DNA of 61,279 nt, the filler included, from Globobulimina sp. (lineage: Eukaryota): the NCBI GenBank assembly GCA_003354225.1. It is 15 parts of 15 records of this genome, joined end to end, with 100 filler letters (N's around TTAATTAATTAA, not from the genome) between each part and the next. Parts side by side here need not be neighbours in the genome. Positions count along the whole stretch, not along the records: positions 49,114 to 53,103 come from PIVH01001779.1; positions 53,204 to 57,192 come from PIVH01001780.1; positions 57,293 to 61,279 come from PIVH01001781.1; 12 more parts are not named here. The stretch is one strand, 5' to 3'. Of the stretch, positions 49,114 to 61,191 are shown piece by piece (position 1 is the first letter of the stretch; each line of letters begins with the position of its first letter). The notes under the pieces were generated by a model. The model was not told the origin of the DNA and did not search any database. It worked only from the letters and a program-made list of their open reading frames with translations. The translations under genes were made by a program, and so were the position numbers.

Positions 49114-50076
49114 CTGAATCAAGCGATGATTCCCATGATTCCATCTCCTCCTCTTCAATTTTGCAAACTTGTCAAACACAAAAACATGCTCATCGTAGAA
49201 ACCATAAACACATTCAAATGGACATGGAAAACATTGCCCAATCGACTACAGACGAATTGTCACCAAATCAGTCTGTTGCCTCAATATTCTCCGACACGCG
49301 ACCCAGATTTGCTATATCTAGGCGTGTCTGCAAAGTTATATTATTTCATAACTACACATTCCATAAACACACATCTGAGCAACATATAAAAAACACAGCA
49401 AACGCCGAGCAACAATACATGTACAGATAAATATTTATGTGCAAATTGTAAGACTCATTTACGAAATAAAGAAGTATGGAGATGTTCTAAATGTAAATCC
49501 TCATTTTATTGTGGCCGAAAATGTCAATTAACGCATTGGAGAACACATAAAATGGAATGTGCCAAAACAATAACAATTAAGATTGCCACTGTGGAGAGAG
49601 TGGGCGTTGCGGATTGGAATCATTATGCAATCATTTATTGGTTCAACAGAGTGATTAGTAATGATGTTAAATATACGGAGTTGAGGAGACATATCGTTGT
49701 TGGTAAGATTAAAGGATTTGAGCTTATGTCTATTAATAATATTACATTGAGAATGATGGGAATACATAATACAAACAAACAGCAAAGCATTTTAAATGCA
49801 ATACATGGTGTTTTGAAGGATAATTTTGATAATTTGAGCGCAAATAGAATGAACCGCGACATTCCAATGAAATATGTTGATCCGGTTTTGTATGAATTAA
49901 TGGAGCAGCCAGTGAAGGTAAGGCAGTCTGGCTATGTTTATAATAAATCGTTTATTACTCAATATATTGAAGAGAATAAATCTGATCCAATCACCCAACA
50001 AATTGCTGATTTAAGTGATATTATTCAATGTAAAGCGTTGAGTGTGGAAATTGAAAATTGGAAATTAAACATTTAA
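49114..50076 (+). CDS. MYND zinc finger - SAM-like - U-box protein; 5' end uncertain
   Basis: In frame upstream of the listed ORF: CANC..RCSKCKSSFYCGRKCQLTHWRTHKMEC (MYND). Then VADWN...WF...IKG.ELM.I....LRMMGI (SAM) and IPMKYVDPVLYELMEQPV...SGYVY.K..I..YI....DPIT (U-box). Confidence 0.8.
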
Positions 50077-50335
50077 TTATTGCGATTGTATTATTATTTA
50101 CAATATTCTTTGTGCGTATTATGCATATTATTTTTACATTTTGTGTGTCGTGTTTTATGAGTTTAAAATACTTCTTTTTTCTCTCTTTTTTTTGCAAATA
50201 ATACTGAGTGATAGTTTACATTTATTTTTCTTGTCTATGGAAAACTGGAAAAAATATCAACAGATGACAAGTTTTTATTGGATGTCAAGCGACTTAGCCA
50301 ATATTCATGAACTCGAGCCACTTTACACACGCTTA

Positions 50336-52566
50336 TTATTGCAGTGTACGTGATGATGTCAGTTGGATGTCCTGATTTGAGAATCGTCTGTATTCAATGC
50401 CTAAATCCATAATAATTTTATGAACCTGCATTTGTATTTGATGGTATTGCTGAAACATAATATATTTGTTACTGAATGAATAAAAACTTGAAACAATTAA
50501 ACGTATTTTCATCCTACATTCCATATCAACTCCATCTAAAATAAACCAAATATCATTTATGTCATTACTCATTTTGGTACATACAAATTTTTCAATTTGA
50601 TGTTTTAATTTTGTTAATTGCTGTGTGCTCGTTAACTGCGACAAATAAAAAGCTAAAATGTGTCTAGAATATTTTGTCAAAGTCAAATTTTGAATATTTT
50701 TTTTTAGTAAAAATGAATTATTTTCAAATGTCACATGATTGTATTCGTCCAACATTACAGTTGATAATACATTGATCTCTTTAATAACAAACCTTTTCTC
50801 ATCAATTAATATCACATCGCCAATGGAATACGGTGCCACTACGAATACAAAACAAAATCCATCAAAGTACTGAACAAATGTACTTTGTCCAAACACAGCA
50901 CAAATCGCTGTAAATGAAAAAAAGATCGACACAGATTCCACAAAATCAAATGCAAATATCAGCAGACACACAAACAACAATAAAAATAACACCAACACCG
51001 ATGCAGCATTTTGCATGTTTGACAATATCGAATGATATGAATCCAAACACTGTCGCAAATATATTAAGCGTCGTAAATATGAAAACAACCAACTTGACAT
51101 CTCTTTTCTTGTTAACATTTCGTTGTTTGCATTCAAATGAATTTCTTTCCATGCTTTTAAACCAAAACTCCGCTTATTTCGCTGTACAAAATGTTTCAGA
51201 AACAGTTCTTGCCGAATACCAGCAGTCAACGATAAACTCGACTCACTGTGCATAGAATCACTGCTATCATTTCCAATATGTTTCTTTTCTTCATCCTTTC
51301 TGTTGGCAATTATCGACTTAAACATCTCTGTAATTCCCATTTTTGCATCAATATCGAAGTTGGTTTCATCATCAATATGAGTTATAACGTGTTTTGCAAA
51401 TAGTTTGCATAATTTATGCAGTTCTGTGTCATCCATAAACGTAGTTTCCTTCTTTTTTGGTGAATATAACCACAACAAACAGGTTTCAGCCGAATGGGAA
51501 TATTTATCCGCACCAACTTTCATATTCGTAGTGTTTAACACAGCTTTGATAGTTTCGTCAATGGCGCCTAAACTGTGCATCTTTTGCGGCAATGATGGGG
51601 AAGATGACATTTTTAAATTAAGTCCATTTTGTTCTAACAAAGTTGCGATACGAAATGCAACGAGTTTTTTTGAACGAGAATGGCCAAAACCATGTACATT
51701 CAAAAACGTTTTAACTTTGATTGAAAATATGCGATTACTGTTCAATAAGATTTTTAGCCACAATTCATAGCGTTTCATTTTATTAACAGTCTCAATGTGC
51801 GGTTGTAAGTAAGTTTCAATAATCCACCACCGCACAAATATTTGTTTCGACCATAACGCAGTAAATAACAAAACAAAGCATATGGTTGCTCGCAACATGA
51901 AATCTTTAAAAGTATAATAATCGTCCTCGGAAATTTGAAAACTTGCAACTTCGTAATACCGCTCAATGGAAAGTAGCGAGGTCAGCAGCATAAAAGCTAT
52001 AATTGAAACCACTGAGGCACGGATGCATTTTGTTGAATATTCGATATAGAAATATATGTTTTGTGCAGCCTCAAACCTGTCTATCCATTGTAGTTTGCTG
52101 GCTTTGTATACAGTCCATCCATGTAACATAAAATGGACAGTAAGTCGACCAACAGATATTGCTGAAAACCATAACAACATAAATTCAACCACAAGATAGA
52201 TTGCTGTAATTTTAAGATTAGTTATCAAGAATTGAGCAATATAACTAACAGAAGATATATATGATACTTACTGGCTGAGTCGTCGTCGACGAGAAATAGA
52301 AATAATGCCAAGTATATTATTAAGAATAGTATGGCAAATGCAATAGCCTTTGCATATTTTTTTATCCATTGACACAGCTCACATTTGATAGTCTCATCCA
52401 AGTCATCTGTAGAAGTATTGCTTTTTGGTTTGTAATCATTCTCGTCATCGTAATCTACGTCTGAGAGGTCTAAATCCTCAGTGTCTTCGTTTGTTATTTT
52501 GCTGTATGAAGTGGGTGTTTTTTGGTTGCTCAGATAACAGTTTTCTTCAGCAACTGTCTGTGCCAT
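50336..52566 (-). CDS. Eukaryotic MscS-like mechanosensitive channel; intron 52204-52271
   Basis: Multi-TM N-terminus; FVFVVAPYSIGDVILID...IKEINVLSTV....NSFL..KNIQNL is the MscS signature. The GTAAGT..TTACAG intron joins the two ORFs in frame. Confidence 0.85.
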
Positions 52567-52598
52567 TATATTATTTTAAGAAACTCTAGATTTTCAAC

Positions 52599-52940
52599 AT
52601 GGACACCCTCGGAAAATTGACAAACCCAATTAAAGAAAATTATTACAACAAATTCAGACGCGTATTGAGCGGAGATGTCGATTTAACGGTGATGACGGAG
52701 AGTGATGATAATGAAACAAAATTAAGCAAAACGGATCAGCAATTTTTTATAAATTGGTTAATGTGCGCTGTTGTATTAATATCTCTCCCTCTACTAATCA
52801 TCTCATTATTTATGTCAATCGCTGTTGGTTCAGTGTTTGCGTTGACTGTGTCTGTAATCTCATTGGGAGGTTGTTGTTGTTTTTGCTATTGGAATTTGAA
52901 TAGAATGTACAAACACCATGGATATCAACAAATAAATTGA
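52599..52940 (+). CDS. Small two-TM membrane protein with juxtamembrane Cys cluster
   Basis: 113-aa ORF with a hydrophobic hairpin ending GGCCCFCYW. Confidence 0.55.
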   Translation: MDTLGKLTNPIKENYYNKFRRVLSGDVDLTVMTESDDNETKLSKTDQQFFINWLMCAVVLISLPLLIISLFMSIAVGSVFALTVSVISLGGCCCFCYWNLNRMYKHHGYQQIN

Positions 52941-53589
52941 TACTTTCTGTTCATCAGCTTGTTATACTTCATTTGTGCAGTGATAGATTTAAAATAATGT
53001 TATAAATTCTACTTTCTTTATATTTTACGGATTGTGATACATTTCTATCTCCTGATGCTGGGCAATCTGATTAGTTACCACATAACTATTTAGTAACTAT
53101 TTCNNNNNNNNNNNNNNNNNNNNNNNNNNNNNNNNNNNNNNNNNNNNTTAATTAATTAANNNNNNNNNNNNNNNNNNNNNNNNNNNNNNNNNNNNNNNNN
53201 NNNGACAGAAAAACCTGCTCAAAACCTTGAGAAACGTTTTTATCTGCAGCGGGACAGAAGAATCGCAAAGTTCCAAAATTCCAAAAGTATATGGATCCTA
53301 AAACATGAACGACAATGATTATAAAAATTAGTATAAGTAAAATTATAAATACAATACGATCTTTATTTACAGTTTCTAATCGATACTATAAGATGAGACT
53401 AACATTTACTTATGCTTTTTCTCTAACAAATCACAAATGATTGAAAAAAGTTGATCATGAGCAAAATCAAGGTCAAATAGGAAAACGCTATTGAATGAAC
53501 TAAAAGCAAAAACTCTATTGACTTGAAGCAACGAGGTTTGAAGATGAAAAGTTTAAAAACTCAGTTAGTTTATACTAGACATAATAATA

Positions 53590-54963
53590 ATGGCAGACGA
53601 AAGAGAAGTATTGTGTCCGTTTTGTCGTAGTGTGTTTGTCATCGAATCGAAATGGATGACCACCGAAGTAATGTGTGGCAGTTGTGGCCAAATCATAGAT
53701 ATGACCAAATTCCAAAGCAAAGACAGTCCCCAATCCGCTGCAAATAAATCACAAGAAAAGCAAAAAATAAACAATAGCGCTTCTCGGAGTTGGTTGTATG
53801 GCCGAATGGCAAAAGTACCCGCTGCCAATAAAAGCAAATTAGGCGGGGCAAAAGCGCACAAATTGCCAACATTGACCGGTATTAAAAATGTATTGGATTC
53901 TGATGAAGAGGAAGAGCTTCGACGGCAAAAAAAAGAGCGAAAGAAACGTAAGAAAAAACGCAAAAAAAAATACGCCTCATCGTCATCAGAAGAACACGAA
54001 GCTACTCCACCACCAAAACCTAAACCAAAACCCAAACAAAAAAAATCAAAAAAAAAGAAAAAAAAAAGAAAATATGACAGTTCCTCATCCGATGCAGAAG
54101 AGGTGAAAAAATCGAAGAAAAAAAGTAAATATGATAGTGATTCTTCATCGGATGAAAATGTGGAGAAAAGTCCAAAAAAATCGAAGAAAAGCAAGAGAAA
54201 AAGTAAATATTCAAGTTCTGAGGAAGAATCCGTGGAAAAAATATCTAAAAAACAGGAAAAACGAAAAAAAAGTAAACAACCAGAAACACCCCCAAAATCA
54301 AGCAAAAATAATGAGAAATATAGCTCTGAGGAAAATGATGAGAATTCTGGGGTGATTCGGCGTGGTGGGAATAGGGCGAAAGCAAAAATATCACAATTTG
54401 AGGAACATAGTGATGACAATGATGATAATTCGGGTGTTATACGTCGGGGAACAAAGAGGGAGAATAATATAAATTATGAGAATAAAATGGATGAAAAGGA
54501 TACATATAAAGATAGCGAGCCATTGCAAGATTATAATGCGCATAATCTGAGTAGTAAAGTGCATAAAATCAATGCTCGCCCAAAGGATGATGATAGTGAT
54601 GAATGGGAGGAGATTCCTATGGAGGAAGAGGTTGTTGTTAGTAAAGGAAAACGGAATAAAAGTAAGGTGAGCTATATTGATGATGATGGCAAGGATAATA
54701 ATGTGATACATGAGACAAAGGGAATGATATTGGATGAGAGTGATGATGAAGAGGCTGAGAGAGGGAATGATGAGAATTCCGGTGTTGTGAGAAGGGGAAA
54801 GGCCAAGGTACAGAATGTGAAGAAGAGAGTGGATGATAATGTGGAAGACGACGATAGTGATAGTTCGTCGGATGATGAATATTTTAAACGTAGGAGACAG
54901 CAGAAAAAGAATGCAAAGAAAAAAAAGAAAGGGAATAAAATGGGTAAAATGAATGATTGGTGA
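53590..54963 (+). CDS. Low-complexity Lys/Ser/acidic protein with N-terminal zinc ribbon and three NDENSGV[IV]RRG repeats
   Basis: CPFC-X15-CGSC at the N-terminus; KKSKK/SSSD tracts; 457-codon ORF. Confidence 0.7.
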   Translation: MADEREVLCPFCRSVFVIESKWMTTEVMCGSCGQIIDMTKFQSKDSPQSAANKSQEKQKINNSASRSWLYGRMAKVPAANKSKLGGAKAHKLPTLTGIKNVLDSDEEEELRRQKKERKKRKKKRKKKYASSSSEEHEATPPPKPKPKPKQKKSKKKKKKRKYDSSSSDAEEVKKSKKKSKYDSDSSSDENVEKSPKKSKKSKRKSKYSSSEEESVEKISKKQEKRKKSKQPETPPKSSKNNEKYSSEENDENSGVIRRGGNRAKAKISQFEEHSDDNDDNSGVIRRGTKRENNINYENKMDEKDTYKDSEPLQDYNAHNLSSKVHKINARPKDDDSDEWEEIPMEEEVVVSKGKRNKSKVSYIDDDGKDNNVIHETKGMILDESDDEEAERGNDENSGVVRRGKAKVQNVKKRVDDNVEDDDSDSSSDDEYFKRRRQQKKNAKKKKKGNKMGKMNDW

Positions 54964-55031
54964 ATGTTTGTAATATATTGTAAGTTTTGTTGATATTTTG
55001 TGTTGTTGCCATAAATTAATACATTACAGTT

Positions 55032-57192
55032 TTAAGTCATGAATTTTTTAGAGGTCAATGTGTTGGTCAATTCATTGATTAATAATTTTTGAGATGTTTG
55101 ATTTTTGAATGCAGGAATTTTTTGTCCTAAATTATGTTTTCTATGATTTGTTTCTTTATTTTGATTGGTTTGGTTGTTATCAATAAGAAATTGTTGTATT
55201 TTTGAATCAAATAATCTTATAAAATCCGCAAATATTTGCATAAACTCATTTGATTTATTTAATTGTTTATGATTTGTCGCATCAAAAAATGAAACTGTTT
55301 TTGAATAATTCTTCATTGTTTCATCCATTAATTCTTTTAAATTATTAATTTTTATTTCATTTTTATCAGTAAAATTTGTTATAAATGTTAGAAATTTATC
55401 ATTTTCATCATATAATTTTTTGTTGTTTTGAATAGATTTATATTTCATTTGAACATTAACAAATTGTATCTTAATTTCATTTAATTTCGCTTTTTTTGTG
55501 CATAACATAACATTTTGACATTTATTTGCTAAATTATTGATATTAAAATTTAAGTAACAACATTTAACCATATAATCCATTAAAGTAAAATTATTGTTTT
55601 TTGATGATTTTATATTTTTTAATTTTTTTAATATCTCAATATCAAATCCATCGGCTTGGCCTTTATTGGTTCCACCATTCATAAAATTACCACACGTTAA
55701 AATTAAAGAAAACAATTTGGTTAAATCTGTATTTTCATGTAACTCAATACACGCTAAATTATAAATATTTAATCCGCTATGAATCGATCCATAAATATCA
55801 TCAAAAGTATTCATAAAAATCCACGAATTTAATCTGTGTTTTACATTTGGAATCTCTGAGATTAACAAACAAAATGTTTCTGGCTCAGCCAATCGGGTTT
55901 TTGTATTTTTCTCTTCGACTTGAAATTGTTTAATTTTTCTAACTTCCTCCTTTGACGGGAATTTATTTAATATCATTTCTAATTTGTCCGTATTTAAAAT
56001 ATCACCATTTACATTCAATATACTTTCCTTTAAAATATGTAAAGGTTTCGGTAATGACGACAATAAAATGCCTAAATGCTGAGCTCTTTGTTTTGGTAAA
56101 CAGCTAACTTTCATATTATCAGTTTGTGCCTTTTTCTTTTTCTTATTTTTAGATTTTATGTCCCTTTGTTTGATACAAAATAAATCTTCGAATTCATTCA
56201 TATTCAAACAATCAATTTCTTGCACTTTATTCCAAATACCCGCATGTTTGTTGTCTTTGTCATTCTTCTTTTGCCAATGCAATGTTTTCATTTTTTTATT
56301 TGGTTTAATTATTGGTTTATTTGTCTTTATGTCATCATCATCTTTTTTTATTGCAATGTTAATATTTTTTGATTGTTTCAGTTTATTCACATTGCCTCTG
56401 GCATTACGAATGGATGCCATTAAACCGGAAGCTCCGCCTAAATTACTTTCACTTTTTGTGCCTCGAATTGATGCTAATAGTGCTGCATTTGGACGTTTTC
56501 GTAATTGCCGTTTTTTATTGTTAGTGTCACTCTTCGTATTAATGTTTTTCTTTTTATTTGCAATGGCAGCCATCAACGCAGCTCTTCCTTTGTTGTTGCC
56601 ATTGGGGTCTGATGTCGGCCGTGTTTTTATTTCATTTTCAAGCGTGCAAATTGACGAACGAGCTGTCGCAATGTCAGATGATAATGCATTATTAATTTCA
56701 GTCAGTAATTTTATTTCTTCCTTTAACTTTTCATTCTAAATATTTTCATCATTTGCAAAATGTTTTTCAATGTTAAGTTTTCAAAAAGAATCACTGTTTT
56801 GTGGCACTTAACTTTTTGTTGCAGAGCAATATGCTTTGATTTCGATTCAGTTATTTGTTGATGTAAAATATTATTTTCCTTTTTACGTTCAGCTAAATCT
56901 GATTGTAATTGTATATTTTTCATGTTTGATTGCTTGGCATTTTCACGGATTTGATGCATTTCATCAATAATTTCAAAAGCACTTTCGCTTCTTTTTTGTT
57001 TTGATGTTTGTGACACTGAACAAAGCAAATAATGATTACTCGCGTGCTGGACACAAAAAATTAAAAAAAACATACCTGAATTTACTAATAATCCTGAATT
57101 GTATGCATCAGTTAACGCTGCGTGGTATTTAACAAACTCATCGTTTAAAAGCTCAACAAATGTATGTGTTTTTAATATTTCCTGCACAAAAT
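55032..57192 (-). CDS. Formin (FH2 domain) with upstream coiled coil and WH2-like helices, no polyproline FH1; 5' partial
   Basis: MKTLHWQK, FEDLF, QRAQHLGILL, FPSKEE, LAEPETF, ILTCGNFMNGGT.KGQADGF....L.KL..IKS...TLMDY. Confidence 0.9.
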
Positions 57193-57292
57193 NNNNNNNN
57201 NNNNNNNNNNNNNNNNNNNNNNNNNNNNNNNNNNNNTTAATTAATTAANNNNNNNNNNNNNNNNNNNNNNNNNNNNNNNNNNNNNNNNNNNN

Positions 57293-59005
57293 AAAAGCAA
57301 AATGAGCAGAAAACAAATAAAAATATGTCTGATAAAATGGAGATGGATCAAGGTTTGTAAATTTTGTTTCAGTTTGAAACTAAAAAAAAATATGTTTGAA
57401 ATTTCACCGTTGGTTTCAAACTGATTTTTTTTTACTAAAATTTGAAATCAGTTTGAAACCAAAAAAATGGGAAAAAATATATTTGAAATTTCAGTTTGTT
57501 CAGTTTGAAACTGCAAAAATCAAAATAAATCAGATAAGTCCGCGCCGACTGAAGATGAGATATCAATGGACAGAAATTCGTGCCACGCAAAGACGAGTTT
57601 ACCTGATTTAGCCTCAGTAATTATAGAATTATTGGAGATAATTCAAGATTGCATATTTAATAAATCCTCGCATAATAATAATAATAATACGAATCGCAAC
57701 AATGACAACAAAGAGAATAATAAATGGCGTCCACGTGTATTAATATGCAATTTGAAAGATTTGCATTTGACGCAGTACAATTCCTCCATTTTACAGTATC
57801 ATTGTTTGCTTTTTATCTACAAATTATTATTACATTCCATGTCGTACAAACACACAAAAATCAACACCATATTCTCCAAAATGATGACGCAGAAATTCAA
57901 ATTAATTATAAACATGCTTTTATCCAAAAACTCGACATTGCCCACAAAGACTTTATGCATTAAAATAATTATATTGTTATTGGAAATAAACCAGAACAAA
58001 AATGACGAAATAAGCGATATTTTTTTGTGTATAAACAGTTTAATTTCGTGTGGCCGCACTGCCATTGATAAGGGATCGGGCGATGACGAAGAGGCCACTT
58101 TGTTGCATTACTGCATTGAATCATTATTTTACATTTCGCGCTTTGATTTATTTGAAATTGAGCATGAAAATAATGACATTTTATCCATTTATTTGAATAT
58201 TATACTATATCGACAGGAAATTATTAAATTACTCTCTGTTTTGATCCAAATCGAAGGTGGAAATAAAAATTGTATGAAGAAAAAGATGATTTGTTATTGT
58301 TTCAATTTCAAATATTGTTCGTTTGCCGTGATTGATAATCGAGTTTGTCGCAAAATATTAAATGATAAGAAATCGTTTTTTTATTTATTGTCGCAACTAA
58401 TTATTTATTTAAATCAAGTCCAGAATGATCATGAAATCGAGGCAATGTGCTATCAATTTAAAAATCAACAAATTGAGAAAAAAGATGAAAAGCTAAAAAA
58501 GATTTTTCATGCAAAGGTTGTGGAAATTATTGAGTTTGCTAAAAAGAATAAGAAACAATCAAAAATTGATGGAATTAATAAGGAATTTTTTAAAAAACAC
58601 AATCTCGAAAAAAAAGAGAATTTAAATCCGATTGAAAATGAAAATGAAATCAATTTGAAAAGGGAGGATTTGGATGTTTTTAGCAAAGAGATAATAAATA
58701 AATATGTGCATAATGTATTGGAAGAGGATGATTTTTTATTATTGAGCGCATCTTCAAATCACTCAAAATTTGCCATTTTGCAGAAAGAGAGGAATATTTT
58801 GATGCAAATGTGCTTGAAATTGATGTTTATGTTTACACAGTTTATGTCGGCAAAATGCCTCAAATCATGTTTAGAATCGATTGAATTTGAGATTATGAAT
58901 TTGTTAAAAGATTTAAATAATGAAATTGCCACAAAATTGTTTAAAAAACTAAACAACGAAATTGATATTTTTGCGGATAAATGCGATGATGATATTTATC
59001 ATTAA
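57293..59005 (+). CDS. Unknown helical-repeat-like protein; intron about 57353-57533; 5' partial
   Basis: Exon ..MSDKMEMDQ splices in phase 1 into the 479-aa Leu/Ile-rich ORF. Confidence 0.6.
57367..57516. repeat. Cluster of palindromic TTTCAGTTTGAAACTG-type motifs including an 18-bp perfect inverted repeat
   Basis: TTGGTTTCAAACTGATTT (57410-57427) and AAATCAGTTTGAAACCAA (57445-57462); further copies at 57367 and 57499. Confidence 0.7.
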
Positions 59006-59129
59006 TTAATTAATTGTTTTATAATTATATATCTGACTGACTGCTTAATTATTTTCTCTTTTTTTTATGCTTTGCACTGAGTTAAGTTTTCTTGAACTAA
59101 CATCAAAAGATAACTGATATCCAAACTGT

Positions 59130-59968
59130 ATGGCCTGGCTTTCCCAACCATATACCACCAAAGTTCCATACGGTTATCAACACGGCTGGATCGATCAAAC
59201 ATGGGATACCATTCTAATCACAGACAATAACAACGAATTTCGTTACGCGTTGACAGGTGCAATTAAATACGCTCGCATATATATACAGAGACATTATGAG
59301 AATGGAGTGCTAACTCCAGAGAAAGATATCAAATATATTACAGTTGTGACCGTGTCATGCCTTACAAAAATGGGATGTATGAAATGTGCGAGAAATTCAA
59401 TCTTTTTCTCGAAGAATATACAAAAGCTGCAGCCAGAAGTAACCATATTAGTGAGTGGTTTATGAGCACATATCTTTGTAAAAATGGACAATTAATTCCT
59501 ACATTGAAAGGTTGGCAGTTCGGAAAGTTATATATTTATCAAAGAGATTGGAATAAAATGCGAATATATTGCAATGGAAATAACTCTGTCGGCTGGACAT
59601 TGAAGAAAACAGAGAAAAAACAAAAATCCGTCGCGTATAATATCTATAATTCAGATGAGAAACATCAACAATTTGAGTATGAATGTACTCATATTCATCA
59701 ACCATTTGATAAGGAATTCAGAGCACAGCAATTACAAAGAGTGAGAGAGCAGAAACAGAGAGAAAGACGAAACTTAGAAATGTCACGTTTGAGAAAAGAA
59801 AGAGGACTGAAATTCAAACAGTTAATAATAAGAATATTAAAACAGCAAACTGACAGAGAACGGATGAAATTTGAAGATGAGCGTTCAGCGCATTTAAGAG
59901 AGCTTAGACGAAGAGAGACTGAAATAAGACAGCAAATTGACAGAGAAAGACAGATGAAATTAAAATAA
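59130..59968 (+). pseudogene. Frameshifted unknown gene with C-terminal E/R/K coiled coil
   Basis: Two overlapping ORFs. The second frame opens right after TGA at 59297-59299 (EWSANSRERY...), and no suitable intron restores the frame. Confidence 0.4.
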
Positions 59969-60587
59969 TATGGATAGTATAGGATAAGTAATATTTATAG
60001 TATGGATATAAAAGAATTTTGGACAAATAGTATGGATAAGTAATATTTATGGTATATAATATGGATAGAATATGGATAGAATATGAACAGGAAATGGCGA
60101 ATGGAATGCAGAATATCACTGGTTATGGCTTAATCAGTGATTGGGTGAAATTTATAATGGAATTGGAGCAAATTGTCACTCCTTAATTGCTATCGGGAAA
60201 ACAGCACAGAAACGGTCTAATTTAATATATTCTGTGTCTGTATAGTGATCCTGAATTTAATGAAACACGAATAATAATCGGTAATTGTAAAGAAAATAAT
60301 GAAGAAAACATCTTTAACACGTCCGTAATCTTAGCAATATTAATCACAACGCATACTTGTTCACAAAACTAATCATTTCCTGCAACAATATCAGAAACTG
60401 AAGCATCACCAATTATCGACATATAATTTAGCTCGATCTACTTAGATCATACAATACACAAAAACAAAAACCAAAAAGCAAAAAAACCACAAATATTCGA
60501 ACAAAATTTATTAAAAAATAAACACAAAAACAAACTAATATCATTATCCGTATATACAAACAACGCATTTACAAATCATTAACACAT

Positions 60588-60985
60588 TCATATCGTATAT
60601 TTATTATTTCTGTTCTTATTCACATCACTCAAATCATTGACCATTTGTAGAGTTCCTTTCCTTTCAACATACTCTCCATATAACTTTAGACAATTTTTCG
60701 TTTTCTTAAAGCGTCTCAATGAATCCTTCAACAAATTGGTCAATTCAATCGCACATTGTTCCAATGGAGGTAGTAACTGACTCATTGCCCGCACAATATC
60801 CCCATCAAAGGGCTCCTCTCTATTCATCATTGTCAACTTCTTTTTCGATTTACTTCTCATAATATATCCATCCGATTCTCTCAAGATATTCATCGCGCCA
60901 TTCCTCATTATCAAATTGTTCCTTCTCGACAATAAATTGACTACACCTTTGGTTATGCTTCGATTTCTTGGTCTCTTTAAATCTT
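60588..60985 (-). CDS. Last exon of a gene ending in an RGS-like C-terminal helix
   Basis: LEQCAIELTNLLKDSLRRFKKT resembles the RGS terminal motif (A..EI..L...DS..RF); preceded by a CACAG acceptor. Confidence 0.45.
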
Positions 60986-61109
60986 CTGTGTACACACAAA
61001 AAAACCGCATCATGCAAAGCACTCAAAAACTTTAAATCTTCACAGCATGCATCATGGCGTCACCATGCACACAAGCAAAAGAGTATAAAATCGAAACATA
61101 TTTGCAGAC

Positions 61110-61191
61110 TCAAACTGAAATTGTTGACCAAGACGAAATTTTTCAGTTCCAAACTGCAACTTTGTTGTAAATTTTCAGTTTGAAACTGAAA
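61110..61191. repeat. Second cluster of the same palindromic motif (TTTCAGTTT-G-AAACTGAAA)
   Basis: Perfect 19-bp palindrome at 61173-61191; variants at about 61110 and 61141. Confidence 0.65.

Noticed and set aside
52225-52228. Overlapping stop/start suggesting translational coupling or frameshift in the MscS-like gene
   Set aside because: Explained by a canonical GTAAGT...TTACAG intron (52204-52271).
53565-54419. 284-aa minus-strand ORF and similar antisense ORFs
   Set aside because: Shadow of the low-complexity Lys/Ser-rich plus-strand gene (poly-Phe/Leu); no independent coding signal.
3998-57292. Regularly spaced TTAATTAATTAA palindromes as a biological repeat or array
   Set aside because: They are always centred in exactly 44+44 N between size-sorted contigs, so they are an artificial six-frame-stop linker.
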